Shown piece by piece: positions 1 to 10,202 of a DNA stretch of 46,856 nucleotides; positions within the stretch are counted from its first letter, which is position 1; the number at the start of each line of letters is the position of its first letter. The position numbers and the translations under genes are program-made. The notes below the pieces were generated by a model. It was not told the DNA's origin. It made no database searches and saw only the letters and a program-made list of their open reading frames with translations. The stretch spans positions 1-46,856 of the forward strand of contig JAFGVS010000031.1 of assembly GCA_016937865.1 (NCBI GenBank). The letters are read 5' to 3'. The DNA comes from Alphaproteobacteria bacterium. Lineage in GTDB: Bacteria > Pseudomonadota > Alphaproteobacteria > Rs-D84 > NBLK01.

Positions 1-1
1 A

Positions 2-355
2 GAAAACGTTGAAATTATATATAATACAGAATTAAAAGAAGCCAAAGGCGATAAGTTTTTAACAGAAATTAAACTGATAAACAACGTAACAAAAGACGTT
101 TCTACAGTGGAAACCGACGGATTATTTGTCGCCATTGGCGTGATTCCAAATACAGAATTTATAAAAGATTTCATTGGGTTAAACCAATGGGGATTTGTGA
201 CAACAAAAGGTATCAGTACGGCCACAAATAAAAAAGGTATTTTTGTGGCGGGGGATATTACAGCCGATATTTTTCAACAAGCGGTGATTGCAGCCGGAAC
301 CGGGGCCTCCGCAGCGTTAGAAGTTGAACATTACCTAAATAGTCTGGAGGACTAA
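2..355 (+). CDS. trxB: Thioredoxin reductase, C-terminal part (5' end outside window)
   Basis: Frame is open from base 2; contains DGLFVAIGVIPNT and GIFVAGD...QQAVIAAGTGASAALEVEHYL, typical of the TrxB C-terminus. Confidence 0.93.
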   Translation, partial: ENVEIIYNTELKEAKGDKFLTEIKLINNVTKDVSTVETDGLFVAIGVIPNTEFIKDFIGLNQWGFVTTKGISTATNKKGIFVAGDITADIFQQAVIAAGTGASAALEVEHYLNSLED

Positions 356-362
356 AATCAAA

Positions 363-1598
363 ATGAAAGAAAAAGATATTTATCAAGAATCGCTTGAAAT
401 GCACGAATCAGGACAAGCCGGAAAATTCGAGATTACACTGACGAAAGCGTTAAATACACAGAAAGATTTGTCTTTGGCTTATTCACCAGGGGTGGCAGAA
501 CCAGTTCGAAAAATCGCGCAACATGCTTCAAACGCGTATCGCTACACAGGAAAAGGAAATTTTGTGGCGGTAATTAGTAATGGGACGGCTATTTTAGGAT
601 TAGGGGCGCTGGGGTCATTGGCTTCAAAGCCCGTCATGGAAGGAAAAGCAGTTCTTTTTAAAAAATTTGGGGGCGTTGACGCCATTGATTTAGAATTTGA
701 CACACTTGATGTGGATGAATTTGTAAGAACGGTTGAAATTATATCAGGGACTTTTGGCGGCATTAACTTGGAAGATATCAAGGCACCAGAATGCTTTGAA
801 ATTGAACGACGCTTGCAAGAAACCGTCGATATTCCAGTTTTCCATGACGACCAACATGGAACGGCAATTGTAACAACCGCAGGTTTGATCAGTGCGTTGG
901 ATTTAGTAAATAAAAAAATTGAAGACATTAAAATTGTCGTCAGTGGCGCAGGGGCCGCGGCGATTGCTTGTATCGAGCTCATGAAAACTATGGGGATCAA
1001 AGATGAAAATGTGCGGATGTGTGATTCAAAAGGCGTTTTGTACATTGGGCGACCAGAAAGTATGAATCAATATAAGATTAAACACGCGGTCGAAACCACA
1101 GATCGAACTTTGGCGGATGCAATTATTGGCGCAGACGTTTTCTTAGGATTATCACAACCAAATGTATTAACCGCAGAGATGTTAAAAGCCATGGCGCGTG
1201 ACCCAATTGTGTTTGCCTGTGCCAACCCAGATCCGGAGATTAAACCAGAACTCGCAAAAGCAACGCGTGATGATGTCATTATGGCAACCGGTCGATCCGA
1301 TTATCCAAACCAGGTGAACAATGTCTTGTGTTTCCCATATTTATTCCGAGGTGCATTGGATGTCCGTGCAACAAAAATCAATGCGGAAATGAAAGTTGCG
1401 GCGGTAAAGGCCTTGGCGGCTTTGGCAAAAGAACCAGTGCCAGAAGAGGTCAAAAAAGGCTATGGTAAAACCGAAATGTCCTATGGACGGGAATATATTT
1501 TACCAACCCCAATGGATCCACGTTTGAAAGAATTTGTCGGAAAGGCTGTGGCCAAAGCCGCAATCGAAAGCGGTGTCGCCCAGATCTGCAAAATGTAA
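363..1598 (+). CDS. NAD(P)-dependent malic enzyme (MaeB-type catalytic part, no PTA domain)
   Basis: LSLAYSPGVAEP, KPVMEGKAVLFK, FHDDQHGTAIV, GAGAAA, ATGRSDYPNQVNNVLCFP motifs. Confidence 0.93.
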   Translation: MKEKDIYQESLEMHESGQAGKFEITLTKALNTQKDLSLAYSPGVAEPVRKIAQHASNAYRYTGKGNFVAVISNGTAILGLGALGSLASKPVMEGKAVLFKKFGGVDAIDLEFDTLDVDEFVRTVEIISGTFGGINLEDIKAPECFEIERRLQETVDIPVFHDDQHGTAIVTTAGLISALDLVNKKIEDIKIVVSGAGAAAIACIELMKTMGIKDENVRMCDSKGVLYIGRPESMNQYKIKHAVETTDRTLADAIIGADVFLGLSQPNVLTAEMLKAMARDPIVFACANPDPEIKPELAKATRDDVIMATGRSDYPNQVNNVLCFPYLFRGALDVRATKINAEMKVAAVKALAALAKEPVPEEVKKGYGKTEMSYGREYILPTPMDPRLKEFVGKAVAKAAIESGVAQICKM

Positions 1599-1605
1599 TT
1601 AAGCA

Positions 1606-1630
1606 GAAGAGCCCCGAAAGGGGCTTTTTT
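1606..1630 (+). terminator. Intrinsic terminator after malic enzyme
   Basis: agcccc-gaaa-ggggct hairpin followed by T run. Confidence 0.85.
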
Positions 1631-1688
1631 GTTGTATTGGAATCCAAAATATGATACAGTCGTACATACACTCAAGGAGATTTAAAAA

Positions 1689-2207
1689 ATGAATATATTC
1701 AAAGCATCTTTATTTGTATTAAGCCTGACGATGGCGTCAAACGCTTTCGCCGCAACAGGAACTGGACATGCACAAGCAGAGTTAGCCAATCCACTGAGTA
1801 TCACAAATCAACAAAACATCGATTTCGGTAGTGTTGCGATTGATCCTTCTGCGGGGACGCAAACTATATCAATTAGCGCGAGCACAGGGGGGATAGCTTG
1901 TCCGGCAACATATGTCTGTGATTTTAGTGGTACACCTGGACGAATCTCGATAGCAGGGGCAGGATCTATGCGCTTAAGTGTCGGAGGATCAACGGCAACA
2001 CTTTCAGATGGTCAAGGAAATACACTTACTTTCGACCCATGGATAGGCTCATCCAAAGGGGAAAGTATAGGGATATCATTTTCTGGAGATTCATACGTTG
2101 TTTCTTTAGGGGGTGAAATCACCTTTACCGGAAATGAAGTAGGTGGAACATATTCATCATCGAATACAGGTGGTACAGGATACCAGATTACCTTGAATTA
2201 TATGTAA
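1689..2207 (+). CDS. Secreted DUF4402-like / fimbrial-subunit-like protein, paralog 1
   Basis: AGGAG RBS, signal peptide ending AFA-A, PLSI...IDFG motif, Cys pair, C-terminal GTY...ITLNY strand; paralog of 46300..46812. Confidence 0.7.
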   Translation: MNIFKASLFVLSLTMASNAFAATGTGHAQAELANPLSITNQQNIDFGSVAIDPSAGTQTISISASTGGIACPATYVCDFSGTPGRISIAGAGSMRLSVGGSTATLSDGQGNTLTFDPWIGSSKGESIGISFSGDSYVVSLGGEITFTGNEVGGTYSSSNTGGTGYQITLNYM

Positions 2208-2209
2208 AG

Positions 2210-2236
2210 AAAAAAGAGCCCTATGACTCTTTTTTT
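2210..2236. terminator. Probable bidirectional terminator between convergent genes
   Basis: aaaaaagag...ctctttttt inverted repeat. Confidence 0.55.
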
Positions 2237-4802
2237 AATGGGCTTCGTCCCAATTATCGCCGACATTGGTATCGACTTTAAGGGGAACAGATAATTGGAT
2301 GATATGCTCCATTTCTTCCCGGAGTAGTTTAATCACCTTTTGCGTTTCATGTTTAGGGGATTCCAAAATAATTTCGTCATGAATTTGCAGTAATATTTTT
2401 GTTTCAAATTGATCTTTTTTCAAACGATCCGAAACCTTAATCATCGCCAATCGCATAATATCCGCACTGGTCCCTTGCACGGGGGCATTGACCGCAACGC
2501 GCATTGTAAAATTTGCATCCCGACCATGAGTTAAGGCAATCGGACATTTGCGTCCGAACAAGGTTTTTACAAAACCTTTTGTTTTGGCTTCATCCTGTTT
2601 TTCCGCCATATAATGTTTAATCTCTGGGTATAGATTAAAATATGCCTGCATAAAACTTTTCGCCGTATCGATGTCGACCTCTAAATTATCGGCCAATCCA
2701 TAAGGGCTGGCGCCATAAATCATAGAAAAATTAATGATTTTTGCTTTACGACGTTGAGAAGCGGAAACAGAATCATTGTCGATATCAAAAATTTTCGAAG
2801 CCGTTTCTGTATGGATATCGCGATGGTTATTAAAAGCCTCAATCAGGTTTTTAACGTTGGCCAAATGCGCCATCACCCGAAGTTCAATTTGAGAATAATC
2901 AGATGCAATTAAATCCCAACCTTTTTGAGGGATAAAAAGTTTACGGAATTGGCGGCCAGTTTCGGTACGAATTGGAATGTTTTGTAAATTAGGATTACGG
3001 GAAGAAAGCCGTCCGGTGTTGACATGATTTTGCAAATAAGTCGTATGAATCCGTCCGTCATTTGAAAGACTATCGCGCAAACCTTGAACATAAGTCGTTT
3101 GTAATTTAACTAATTCACGTCGATTTAAAAGGGGTTGAATAACGGGGTGAACCTCTAAATAATCTTTCAACTTACTGCTGTCGGTGGAATATTGCCCGCT
3201 CGCCGTTTTACGTCCTTTATAAGTCAGTCCCAATTTTTCAAATAAGAAAGTCCCTAACTGTTTTGGGGAATCTAAATTTAAATCTTCGGGGATTGTCTTG
3301 AAAATATCGGTTTCCAAGGCCGAAATTTTGCCCGTTAAATCGGCCTCAATGGTATCGAGCAAAGGAACATCGAGCGTGATTCCATTTTGCTCCATTTCAG
3401 TTAATACCGGGATCAAAGGAAAATCAATATCATCGTATAATTTTTTGGCCTCTATATCTTCTCGCATTAAAGGCAATAAATGTTTATAAATGGCCCAGAT
3501 TTGAAAAGCCTCATAGCCATCCTTGTCATAAGCGGATTGGAATAAGGGCGGAAGTTCGATATTAAAGTGCGCAGATAAATCTTTTAAATTATTTTTTTCA
3601 GATCCAAAAAGATCATACGCCATGGTTTGCAGACAAGTCATTTTTTTGGCGTTTGGAAATTCTTTTAAGATATCTTTTAAATCCCAAACGATTTTTTTTA
3701 TTAACCCATTTTCCAATAAGTCTTTCAACATTGGGGGCAGGGTGTTTTCAGACGGCTCGGCAAATAAATCTGTTGTTGTCGCTTTCAGAGGAAAAACACC
3801 AATGGCATTTGAAACAGCCAACCCAATGGCGACATCATTGATTAAAAAAGCGACTTCACCAGAATCAAAAATTTGGCGTAAAAACCGCTCTTGTTGGGCC
3901 TCTGTTTTTAAAAATGTCAGAGGAGGGACGACAGAATCCCCATTTTGTCCGAGTAATTTTAAGCGTGGCATTAAACGTTTAAACTCTTGGATTTCGAAAA
4001 AGGTTTGAAGGCTGTCCAGATTGATTTCAGCCGGCTTTATGTCTTCAAGCGAGGGGATGTCCGGCACATTTTGATCAAGCGTTACAAGTTTTTTAGAAAG
4101 ATAAGCGGTGTCCTTGTATTGGATCAGTTTTTCCTTGATGCCCTTCTGAGTGATCTTTTCGACATTTTCATAAATACCATCCAACGTGCCATATTCCGTT
4201 AGTAAGGCGGCTGCGCCTTTGGGACCAATCCCTTTGACGCCAGGGACGTTATCAGACGAATCGCCAACGATGGCTTGATAGTCGATAATTTGTGATGGAG
4301 GAACCCCCATTTTTTCAACAACATCTTTCGGATAATAAAATTTATCTTTCATCGAATCATACATGAAAATATCATCGGTCACCAATTGCATCAAATCTTT
4401 ATCGGAAGATACAATTTCCAAGGTGTGCCCCGCCGCTTTTGCTTGGGCGGCATAGGTTGCGATAAGGTCGTCGGCCTCAAAGCCCTCTTTTTCTAAAAGG
4501 GGCAGACCAAACGCTTTTATAGTATCTCGTAAAATATCAAATTGTGGAATCATTTCATCGGGTGGGGCGCTACGATTTTCTTTATACGCAGAATATAAAT
4601 CATTCCGAAACGTTTTTCCCGGGGCATCTAAAATAACGGCGTAACGACCATGTTTCTTTTGTTCAATCAATCGAAGGAGCATCGTGCAAAATCCAAAGAT
4701 GGCATTGACCGGGGTGCCGTCACTCCGAAACATCAGCGGGATTCCATAGAATGCCCGAAAGATAAATGAATACCCATCAATAAGGAAAAATTTCTCTGCC
4801 AT
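2235..4802 (-). CDS. polA: DNA polymerase I
   Basis: FLIDGYSFIFRAFY 5'-3' exonuclease start, TGRLSSRNPNLQNIP, DYSQIELR, LLQIHDEI; start placed at MAEKF. Confidence 0.97.
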   Translation of the reverse strand: MAEKFFLIDGYSFIFRAFYGIPLMFRSDGTPVNAIFGFCTMLLRLIEQKKHGRYAVILDAPGKTFRNDLYSAYKENRSAPPDEMIPQFDILRDTIKAFGLPLLEKEGFEADDLIATYAAQAKAAGHTLEIVSSDKDLMQLVTDDIFMYDSMKDKFYYPKDVVEKMGVPPSQIIDYQAIVGDSSDNVPGVKGIGPKGAAALLTEYGTLDGIYENVEKITQKGIKEKLIQYKDTAYLSKKLVTLDQNVPDIPSLEDIKPAEINLDSLQTFFEIQEFKRLMPRLKLLGQNGDSVVPPLTFLKTEAQQERFLRQIFDSGEVAFLINDVAIGLAVSNAIGVFPLKATTTDLFAEPSENTLPPMLKDLLENGLIKKIVWDLKDILKEFPNAKKMTCLQTMAYDLFGSEKNNLKDLSAHFNIELPPLFQSAYDKDGYEAFQIWAIYKHLLPLMREDIEAKKLYDDIDFPLIPVLTEMEQNGITLDVPLLDTIEADLTGKISALETDIFKTIPEDLNLDSPKQLGTFLFEKLGLTYKGRKTASGQYSTDSSKLKDYLEVHPVIQPLLNRRELVKLQTTYVQGLRDSLSNDGRIHTTYLQNHVNTGRLSSRNPNLQNIPIRTETGRQFRKLFIPQKGWDLIASDYSQIELRVMAHLANVKNLIEAFNNHRDIHTETASKIFDIDNDSVSASQRRKAKIINFSMIYGASPYGLADNLEVDIDTAKSFMQAYFNLYPEIKHYMAEKQDEAKTKGFVKTLFGRKCPIALTHGRDANFTMRVAVNAPVQGTSADIMRLAMIKVSDRLKKDQFETKILLQIHDEIILESPKHETQKVIKLLREEMEHIIQLSVPLKVDTNVGDNWDEAH

Positions 4803-4901
4803 GCGGGGGATCCTAGCACAGCAATCCAAGACTGACAAATAGATTCTTGAAAATCCATACACAAAGAGATAAGCTACACAAAGAAAATAAAAAGGGACAC
4901 G

Positions 4902-5936
4902 ATGAACATACTTTCAACAATTTATTTTGGCAATACAGTTCAAAATTACGCGATTGCATTTGGCTTGATTTTTATTGGCCTTTTTTTGGCAAGATCAATT
5001 ACATGGTTTGCCAAAAACATACTGTTACGATTGGCACAGAAAAGCGAAACCCGTTTGGATGATATTATTGTTGAAAGACTCGAAAATCCATTTGCCTCGA
5101 TCGTGATGTTAATGGGGTTTGAACTGGGGCTGTCCCAACTTGTATTGCCACAGGCGATTACTTTTTGGGCAGATCAAATCATTTTTATTTTAATGACATT
5201 TATTGTTGCGCAGGGGGTATCAGGATTAATAAACGCTTTGACCGAAGAATATTTTTCAACAGAAAAAGTATCAGCCTCAAGCATGCAGGTCGTTCCTGTT
5301 CTTCGAAAAGCCTTACATTTTTTCATTTGGACGATTGCTGTTATTATGATGATTAACCACGCGGGGTATAACGTAACCAGTTTATTAGCCGGATTGGGGC
5401 TAGGTGGATTAGCCTTCGCGATGGCATCGAAGGACTATATTTCAAATATTTTCGGGGGCGTAACGGTTTTTACAGATAAAACATTCAAGATTAAAGACCG
5501 TGTGCGCATTGGGGCATATGATGGAACGATCGAAGAAATTGGATTGCGCAGCACACAACTCAAAACATTAGATGGGACAATCGTGACCATTCCAAATTCT
5601 CAATTTACGGGGTCTATGGTTGAAAATGTTTCAAAAGAAACCGCCAGAAAAATAAAAATAAATCTGGGTATAGTATATGAAACCCCAATTAAAAAGATTG
5701 AAAAAATACAAAAAATCTTGGAAAAAATGGCCAAAGATAATCCAGACGTGAAAGACGATGTGATTGTAAGCTTGAATCAGTTTGGAGATTTTGCCCTCAA
5801 TATACTTTTCATTTTTTATGTTAAAAAAGGGGCAGATATTTTAAAAACCATAAACGATATTCATATTGAAATTTTAAAACAGTTTGAAAAAGAAAAAATT
5901 GAATTTGCCTATCCGACACGAAGAGTGATTAAATAA
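4902..5936 (+). CDS. MscS-family mechanosensitive channel
   Basis: Several TM helices, LLAGLGLGGLAFAMA, GTIEEIGLRST, IEFAYPT. Confidence 0.92.
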   Translation: MNILSTIYFGNTVQNYAIAFGLIFIGLFLARSITWFAKNILLRLAQKSETRLDDIIVERLENPFASIVMLMGFELGLSQLVLPQAITFWADQIIFILMTFIVAQGVSGLINALTEEYFSTEKVSASSMQVVPVLRKALHFFIWTIAVIMMINHAGYNVTSLLAGLGLGGLAFAMASKDYISNIFGGVTVFTDKTFKIKDRVRIGAYDGTIEEIGLRSTQLKTLDGTIVTIPNSQFTGSMVENVSKETARKIKINLGIVYETPIKKIEKIQKILEKMAKDNPDVKDDVIVSLNQFGDFALNILFIFYVKKGADILKTINDIHIEILKQFEKEKIEFAYPTRRVIK

Positions 5937-6466
5937 TGTTAAAAATCACAGGGGGGACATTCCGCGGAAAAAAATTAATCCTGCCAGAAGAAAGTCTGGT
6001 GCGCCCAACATCCACACGCGCACGCGAAGCCCTTTTTTCGGTGCTGTATGCGAAATATCCGGACGGGTTTGAAACAATCATAGAGCCATTCGCCGGATCC
6101 GCCGCGATGAGTTTTGAGGCGTTGTCGCGCAAAGTGGTTAAAAAAGCCATTGTTTTCGAAAAAGAAACAAGCGTGATTAAAATAATTGAAAAAAATAGAG
6201 CCTCTTTTAAAGAAGCCTTGCCAATGAAGATAAAAGAAGCCGATGTTATGGCCGAAACATTTTCGGAATATGGGAAGGCGCTCGTCTTTATTGACCCACC
6301 CTATAAAGATTTTGAAAAAATTGAAAAGATCATCCAAAAACTAAAAGAAAAGTGTAGCGAAGGCTCGCTTTTTATCTGTGAAACGGAAAGCGAAACAGCG
6401 CCTTTGGAAAATCCAACCGATACCCGAAAATACGGCCGCGCGCATTTTTATTTTTATGAAGTTTAA
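5936..6466 (+). CDS. rsmD: 16S rRNA m2G966 methyltransferase
   Basis: KITGGTFRGKKL, VRPT, REALFS, FAGS, FIDPPY, RKYG. Confidence 0.9.
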   Translation: MLKITGGTFRGKKLILPEESLVRPTSTRAREALFSVLYAKYPDGFETIIEPFAGSAAMSFEALSRKVVKKAIVFEKETSVIKIIEKNRASFKEALPMKIKEADVMAETFSEYGKALVFIDPPYKDFEKIEKIIQKLKEKCSEGSLFICETESETAPLENPTDTRKYGRAHFYFYEV

Positions 6467-6918
6467 TTAGAAGCAATCTTATCGAAATGTGTTTTCCAGT
6501 AATCTGGCACGCGCACAGGTCGGAAAGTGGAGCGGTTAATATAAACCAAAACGACATCAACGGTTGCCAAGATCTCTTCCCCGCGTTTAAAGGTATGGGT
6601 AAAGGTAATCGAAGAATTACCCCATTTCGTCATTTGGGTTTCAACGGTCAGGATATCATAAAGCTTGGCCGGGCTTAAATAATTCGCCGTGACTTTGCGT
6701 GCAACAAACAGACCATCATTTTCTAAATCTTGTTTAAATTGGCCATTCGTCGAAGATTGGTCTTCTTGAAATAAATGCCAAAGCGCAACACGGGTGCGTT
6801 CGGCCCACGTAATATAATTACCGTGGTACATGATACCACCGGCGTCGGTATCGTCATAAGCAACCCGAAAAGGGTAAAGATGAATTTGGTTAGAAAAAGA
6901 GCCGTTTAAATCAGACAT
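6463..6918 (-). CDS. YbgC/FadM-family acyl-CoA thioesterase
   Basis: RVAYDDTDAGGIMYHGNY hot-dog fold motif. Confidence 0.9.
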   Translation of the reverse strand: MSDLNGSFSNQIHLYPFRVAYDDTDAGGIMYHGNYITWAERTRVALWHLFQEDQSSTNGQFKQDLENDGLFVARKVTANYLSPAKLYDILTVETQMTKWGNSSITFTHTFKRGEEILATVDVVLVYINRSTFRPVRVPDYWKTHFDKIASN

Positions 6919-7298
6919 TAAACCTCTGTTAAAATTGTCTTCAAGGCTTTTAAATCAGATAAAACCGACGAAAGCGTGCCGCGTAAATCGGGATAAGTTG
7001 GTTTTGTGGAAACAACAGTCGTTGTGCGGAGGTCAGACGGATCTTCTCTGGAAGTCGTTTGAAACGCTTCTTGACGTAAAAACTTTTGAGCCCCTTTAAT
7101 GGTGTAGCCTTTTTTATAGAGTAAATCTTTGATTTTGTATAAAAGCTCAACATCACGGGTATGGTAATAGCGTCGTCCCCCATTTCGGCGAACTGGGCGA
7201 ATGCTTTTGAAATTTTCTTCCCAAAATCGCAGAATGTGTGTCGCCACATCCAATTCTTTTGAGACTTCACCAATAGACTTAAAAAGTTTTTCAGACAT
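6918..7298 (-). CDS. MerR-family transcriptional regulator (ihfA-associated)
   Basis: SIGEVSKELDVATHILRFWE...GGRRYY...GYTIKGA. Confidence 0.92.
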   Translation of the reverse strand: MSEKLFKSIGEVSKELDVATHILRFWEENFKSIRPVRRNGGRRYYHTRDVELLYKIKDLLYKKGYTIKGAQKFLRQEAFQTTSREDPSDLRTTTVVSTKPTYPDLRGTLSSVLSDLKALKTILTEV

Positions 7299-7310
7299 AG
7301 GCGGTTTCCT

Positions 7311-7589
7311 CTAACTGTCTTTTTTAAGTTTTTCAGAAGGGCGGAAAGAAACAACCGTTCTTCCTGAAATCATAACTTCCTCTTTTGTTTTTGGGTTGCG
7401 TCCAACACGTGGATTTTTCTTACGCAATTCAAAAGACCCAAAGTCAGAGATTTTGATATCGTCGCCATTGGCGAGAGATTGCCCAATAATATCAAAAATA
7501 TCTTTGACGAAATTATCTGTATCTAAAACAGATAAGCCAACAGAATCTGATACGTGTCGTGCAATATCTTTACGAGTTAATGTTGCCAT
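7311..7589 (-). CDS. ihfA: Integration host factor alpha
   Basis: TLTRKDI, KISDFGSF, RVGRNPKTKEEV, VVSFRPS; followed by merR gene. Confidence 0.9.
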   Translation of the reverse strand: MATLTRKDIARHVSDSVGLSVLDTDNFVKDIFDIIGQSLANGDDIKISDFGSFELRKKNPRVGRNPKTKEEVMISGRTVVSFRPSEKLKKDS

Positions 7590-7684
7590 TATAACTATCC
7601 TTTCATAACTAAAAAAGGTGCATGTCGAAAATCATATCCCTCTCATACACCTTAGAAAACCACATTTAAAGCATTGAGTCAAGT

Positions 7685-8929
7685 CTACTTTTTAGACTTA
7701 ACGGTTTTCTCTGTGATGGTTACTTTATCCAAAAGTTGTACCAAGACCTTATCTTCAAAAATCATGGCATACAATCCAGAGAATTGATTTGGATTTTTAT
7801 CAAAATCTTTTAACAATTGTTGTGGGTTCGGATGGCGTGCCATCATCGCTTGTTGGATAAGAGATTGTTTCATTTCTTGTTGAGAAATTTTAATTTCGAA
7901 TTTCTTACCTAAATCCCCTAACAATAAGCCAAGCTTCACACGTTGTTCGGCTTGTTTTAAGATGTCTTTTTCTTTCATATCCTTATGTTGTTCTTTTAAC
8001 ATATGAACTTCTTGATCGACCAAAGACTGTGGTAGGTCTAATTTGATTTTATCCGTCAAAGCATCCAATAATTTATCTTTTAATAGACGCATGGATTGAT
8101 CATCATTTTGCTTTTGAAGTTGTTCCGTAATTGTTTTTTTCAAATCAGCAAGATCTTTAAGCTTTAGTTCTTTTGCAAAATCATCGTTGATTTCAGGCAG
8201 AACTTTGGTGCGGATTTCTTTTACATCAACTTTGAACAAAACGGCTTTGCCAGCCAAATGTTTCGCACCGTAATCTTTTGGGAAAGTAACATGAACGTCT
8301 GTTTTCCCAAGCTCTTTACCAATAAGCGCTTCTTCAAATCCTGGAATAAATTGATTAGAGCCAAGTTCTAAGAAATGGCGTTCGCCTTTGCCGCCTTCGA
8401 AAGGTTTGTCATCCAAAAAGCCTTCAAAATCAATCACAGCAACATCTCCTTTTTTCAAAGGACGTTTTTCTGTCATTTTTTCCATAGTACGACGGGATTC
8501 AGCCAAGTTTTTCAGGCTGGTTTGAATTTGGTCGTCATCAACAGGGGTAATTTCTTTTTCAAGTTTGATCTTTGAAAAATCAAAATCAGGCATGTCTGGC
8601 AGAACATCTAATTCAACATCTAGAGAGATAGCTTTTTTCTCTTCTTTAATGTCGACTTTTGGTGTTGCTGCAGGACGCACATTTTTATCTGCATAATAAG
8701 CTTTTAAAGATTTTTCAGCTTCGTTTTGAATAACGCGATAGCGAACTTGTTCGGCATACATGGCTTTTGTTTGAGCAAGAGGTGTTTTTCCTTTACGGAA
8801 GCCTTTTGTTTTAACTGTTTTTTGAAGCGCAAGATATTCAGAATCCATTTTGCTTTCAAAAGCATCTAGGTCCATAGAAAAGATTAAGGAATGGTGGAGT
8901 TTTTTTATTTTATCTGTTTTTAATTTCAT
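7685..8929 (-). CDS. tig: Trigger factor
   Basis: GFRKGK ribosome-binding motif, FKBP domain IDFEG...LGSNQFIPGFEE...VTFPKDY; start uncertain (8929 or 8941). Confidence 0.95.
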   Translation of the reverse strand: MKLKTDKIKKLHHSLIFSMDLDAFESKMDSEYLALQKTVKTKGFRKGKTPLAQTKAMYAEQVRYRVIQNEAEKSLKAYYADKNVRPAATPKVDIKEEKKAISLDVELDVLPDMPDFDFSKIKLEKEITPVDDDQIQTSLKNLAESRRTMEKMTEKRPLKKGDVAVIDFEGFLDDKPFEGGKGERHFLELGSNQFIPGFEEALIGKELGKTDVHVTFPKDYGAKHLAGKAVLFKVDVKEIRTKVLPEINDDFAKELKLKDLADLKKTITEQLQKQNDDQSMRLLKDKLLDALTDKIKLDLPQSLVDQEVHMLKEQHKDMKEKDILKQAEQRVKLGLLLGDLGKKFEIKISQQEMKQSLIQQAMMARHPNPQQLLKDFDKNPNQFSGLYAMIFEDKVLVQLLDKVTITEKTVKSKK

Positions 8930-8949
8930 GAAGTCTCTCACTTAGGTTT

Positions 8950-8983
8950 AAAAGTCAAAAGTGAAGATGACTTCACTTTTGAC
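8950..8983 (-). terminator. Hairpin/terminator after rplI
   Basis: Perfect 13-bp inverted repeat gtcaaaagtgaag-atga-cttcacttttgac, followed by a short U run on the minus strand. Confidence 0.65.
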
Positions 8984-8996
8984 AATACAGTTAGAT

Positions 8997-9623
8997 TTAA
9001 GAGTCTTTTTCAGAAGATTCTTCCATCGCAGGAGCAGCTTCTTCAGCTTCTTCTTCAGGAGCCTCGGCATCCGCTTTTTTTTCAGCTTCAAGAGTTTTCT
9101 TGGCATCATCTGCTTCGCGTTTTTTGGCTTTTTCAGATTCATCTTTTTCGGCTTCAAGAAGAGATTTTGCTTCGTCTTCAGATTGGGCAACGATAATGCG
9201 GAAATTAATCATAACATCACCATAAGGCACCAATGCAAGAGGAAAGATCCCAATTTCTTTTAAAGGTGTTCTAAGACGAACAGCGTGAGCATCAACCGTT
9301 GATCCAAACTTCTTATTAATGTGTTCTGCAATATCGCGTGCAGAAACAGATCCATATAGACGTCCTGTTTCGCCGGCTTGACGTGTCAGGATAAAATCAA
9401 CGCCATTAAGTTTTTTTGAAAGAGAATCTGCATTTTGTTGAGAATCTGCATTTTTCTTTTCAATTTCTGAACGTTTTGATTCAAAAATAGTTTTATTAGC
9501 TTCGCTAGCACGAAGCGCTTTTTGCATTGGAAAAAGATAGTTACGTGCGTAACCAGGGCGGACGGTGACAACGTCTCCGACTTTTCCTAATTTTCCAATA
9601 TTTTCCATTAAAATAATTTCCAT
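8997..9623 (-). CDS. rplI: 50S ribosomal protein L9
   Basis: LGKVGDVVTVRPGYARNYL, GRLYGSVS, acidic C-terminal tail. Confidence 0.97.
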   Translation of the reverse strand: MEIILMENIGKLGKVGDVVTVRPGYARNYLFPMQKALRASEANKTIFESKRSEIEKKNADSQQNADSLSKKLNGVDFILTRQAGETGRLYGSVSARDIAEHINKKFGSTVDAHAVRLRTPLKEIGIFPLALVPYGDVMINFRIIVAQSEDEAKSLLEAEKDESEKAKKREADDAKKTLEAEKKADAEAPEEEAEEAAPAMEESSEKDS

Positions 9624-9637
9624 AAAAATGACCTCTT

Positions 9638-9859
9638 TTATTTATTGTTCTTTACGTAAGGAAGCAATCCGATATAGCGCGCACGTTTAATGGCTTGCGC
9701 TAAGGCACGTTGGTTTGTTGGCGTAACGCCTGTAATACGTGAAGGAAGAATTTTCCCACGTACAGAAAGATATTTTTCCAAAAGATCAATATTTTTATAA
9801 TCGATCAATTTCCCATTTAAAGGGTCAGATTTTTTTCGAAATACAAGTGATTTAGGCAT
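9638..9859 (-). CDS. rpsR: 30S ribosomal protein S18
   Basis: [35 protein letters not shown]. Confidence 0.97.
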   Translation of the reverse strand: MPKSLVFRKKSDPLNGKLIDYKNIDLLEKYLSVRGKILPSRITGVTPTNQRALAQAIKRARYIGLLPYVKNNK

Positions 9860-10202
9860 GTTTACGTACTCCCTGTTCTTTAAGACGTTTCATCATTGGG
9901 CTTGGTTTGTCACTTGGCGTTTCCAATTTAACACTCAAGAAGCGTAGGACAGATTCATCAAGGCCTAATAAACGATGTGTTTCGTTTAAAGATTCGGTAC
10001 TTGTTTCTGTTTCAAGCATAACATAATAAGCTTTTGTGTTTTTCTTAATCGGGTAAGCTAAAGGCACAAGTCCCCAGTTTTCGATTTTGTGGAGTTTTCC
10101 ACTTTTATCAGTAAGAAGTTTTTCGTATTTTTTCGCAAGATCTTCAACCTGTTGTGGTGTCAAATCGCGACGAAAAACGAGAGTAGTTTCGTATATTTTC
10201 AT
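9852..10202 (-). CDS. rpsF: 30S ribosomal protein S6
   Basis: [28 protein letters not shown]; start at 10202 with AAGGA RBS. Confidence 0.96.
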   Translation of the reverse strand: MKIYETTLVFRRDLTPQQVEDLAKKYEKLLTDKSGKLHKIENWGLVPLAYPIKKNTKAYYVMLETETSTESLNETHRLLGLDESVLRFLSVKLETPSDKPSPMMKRLKEQGVRKHA

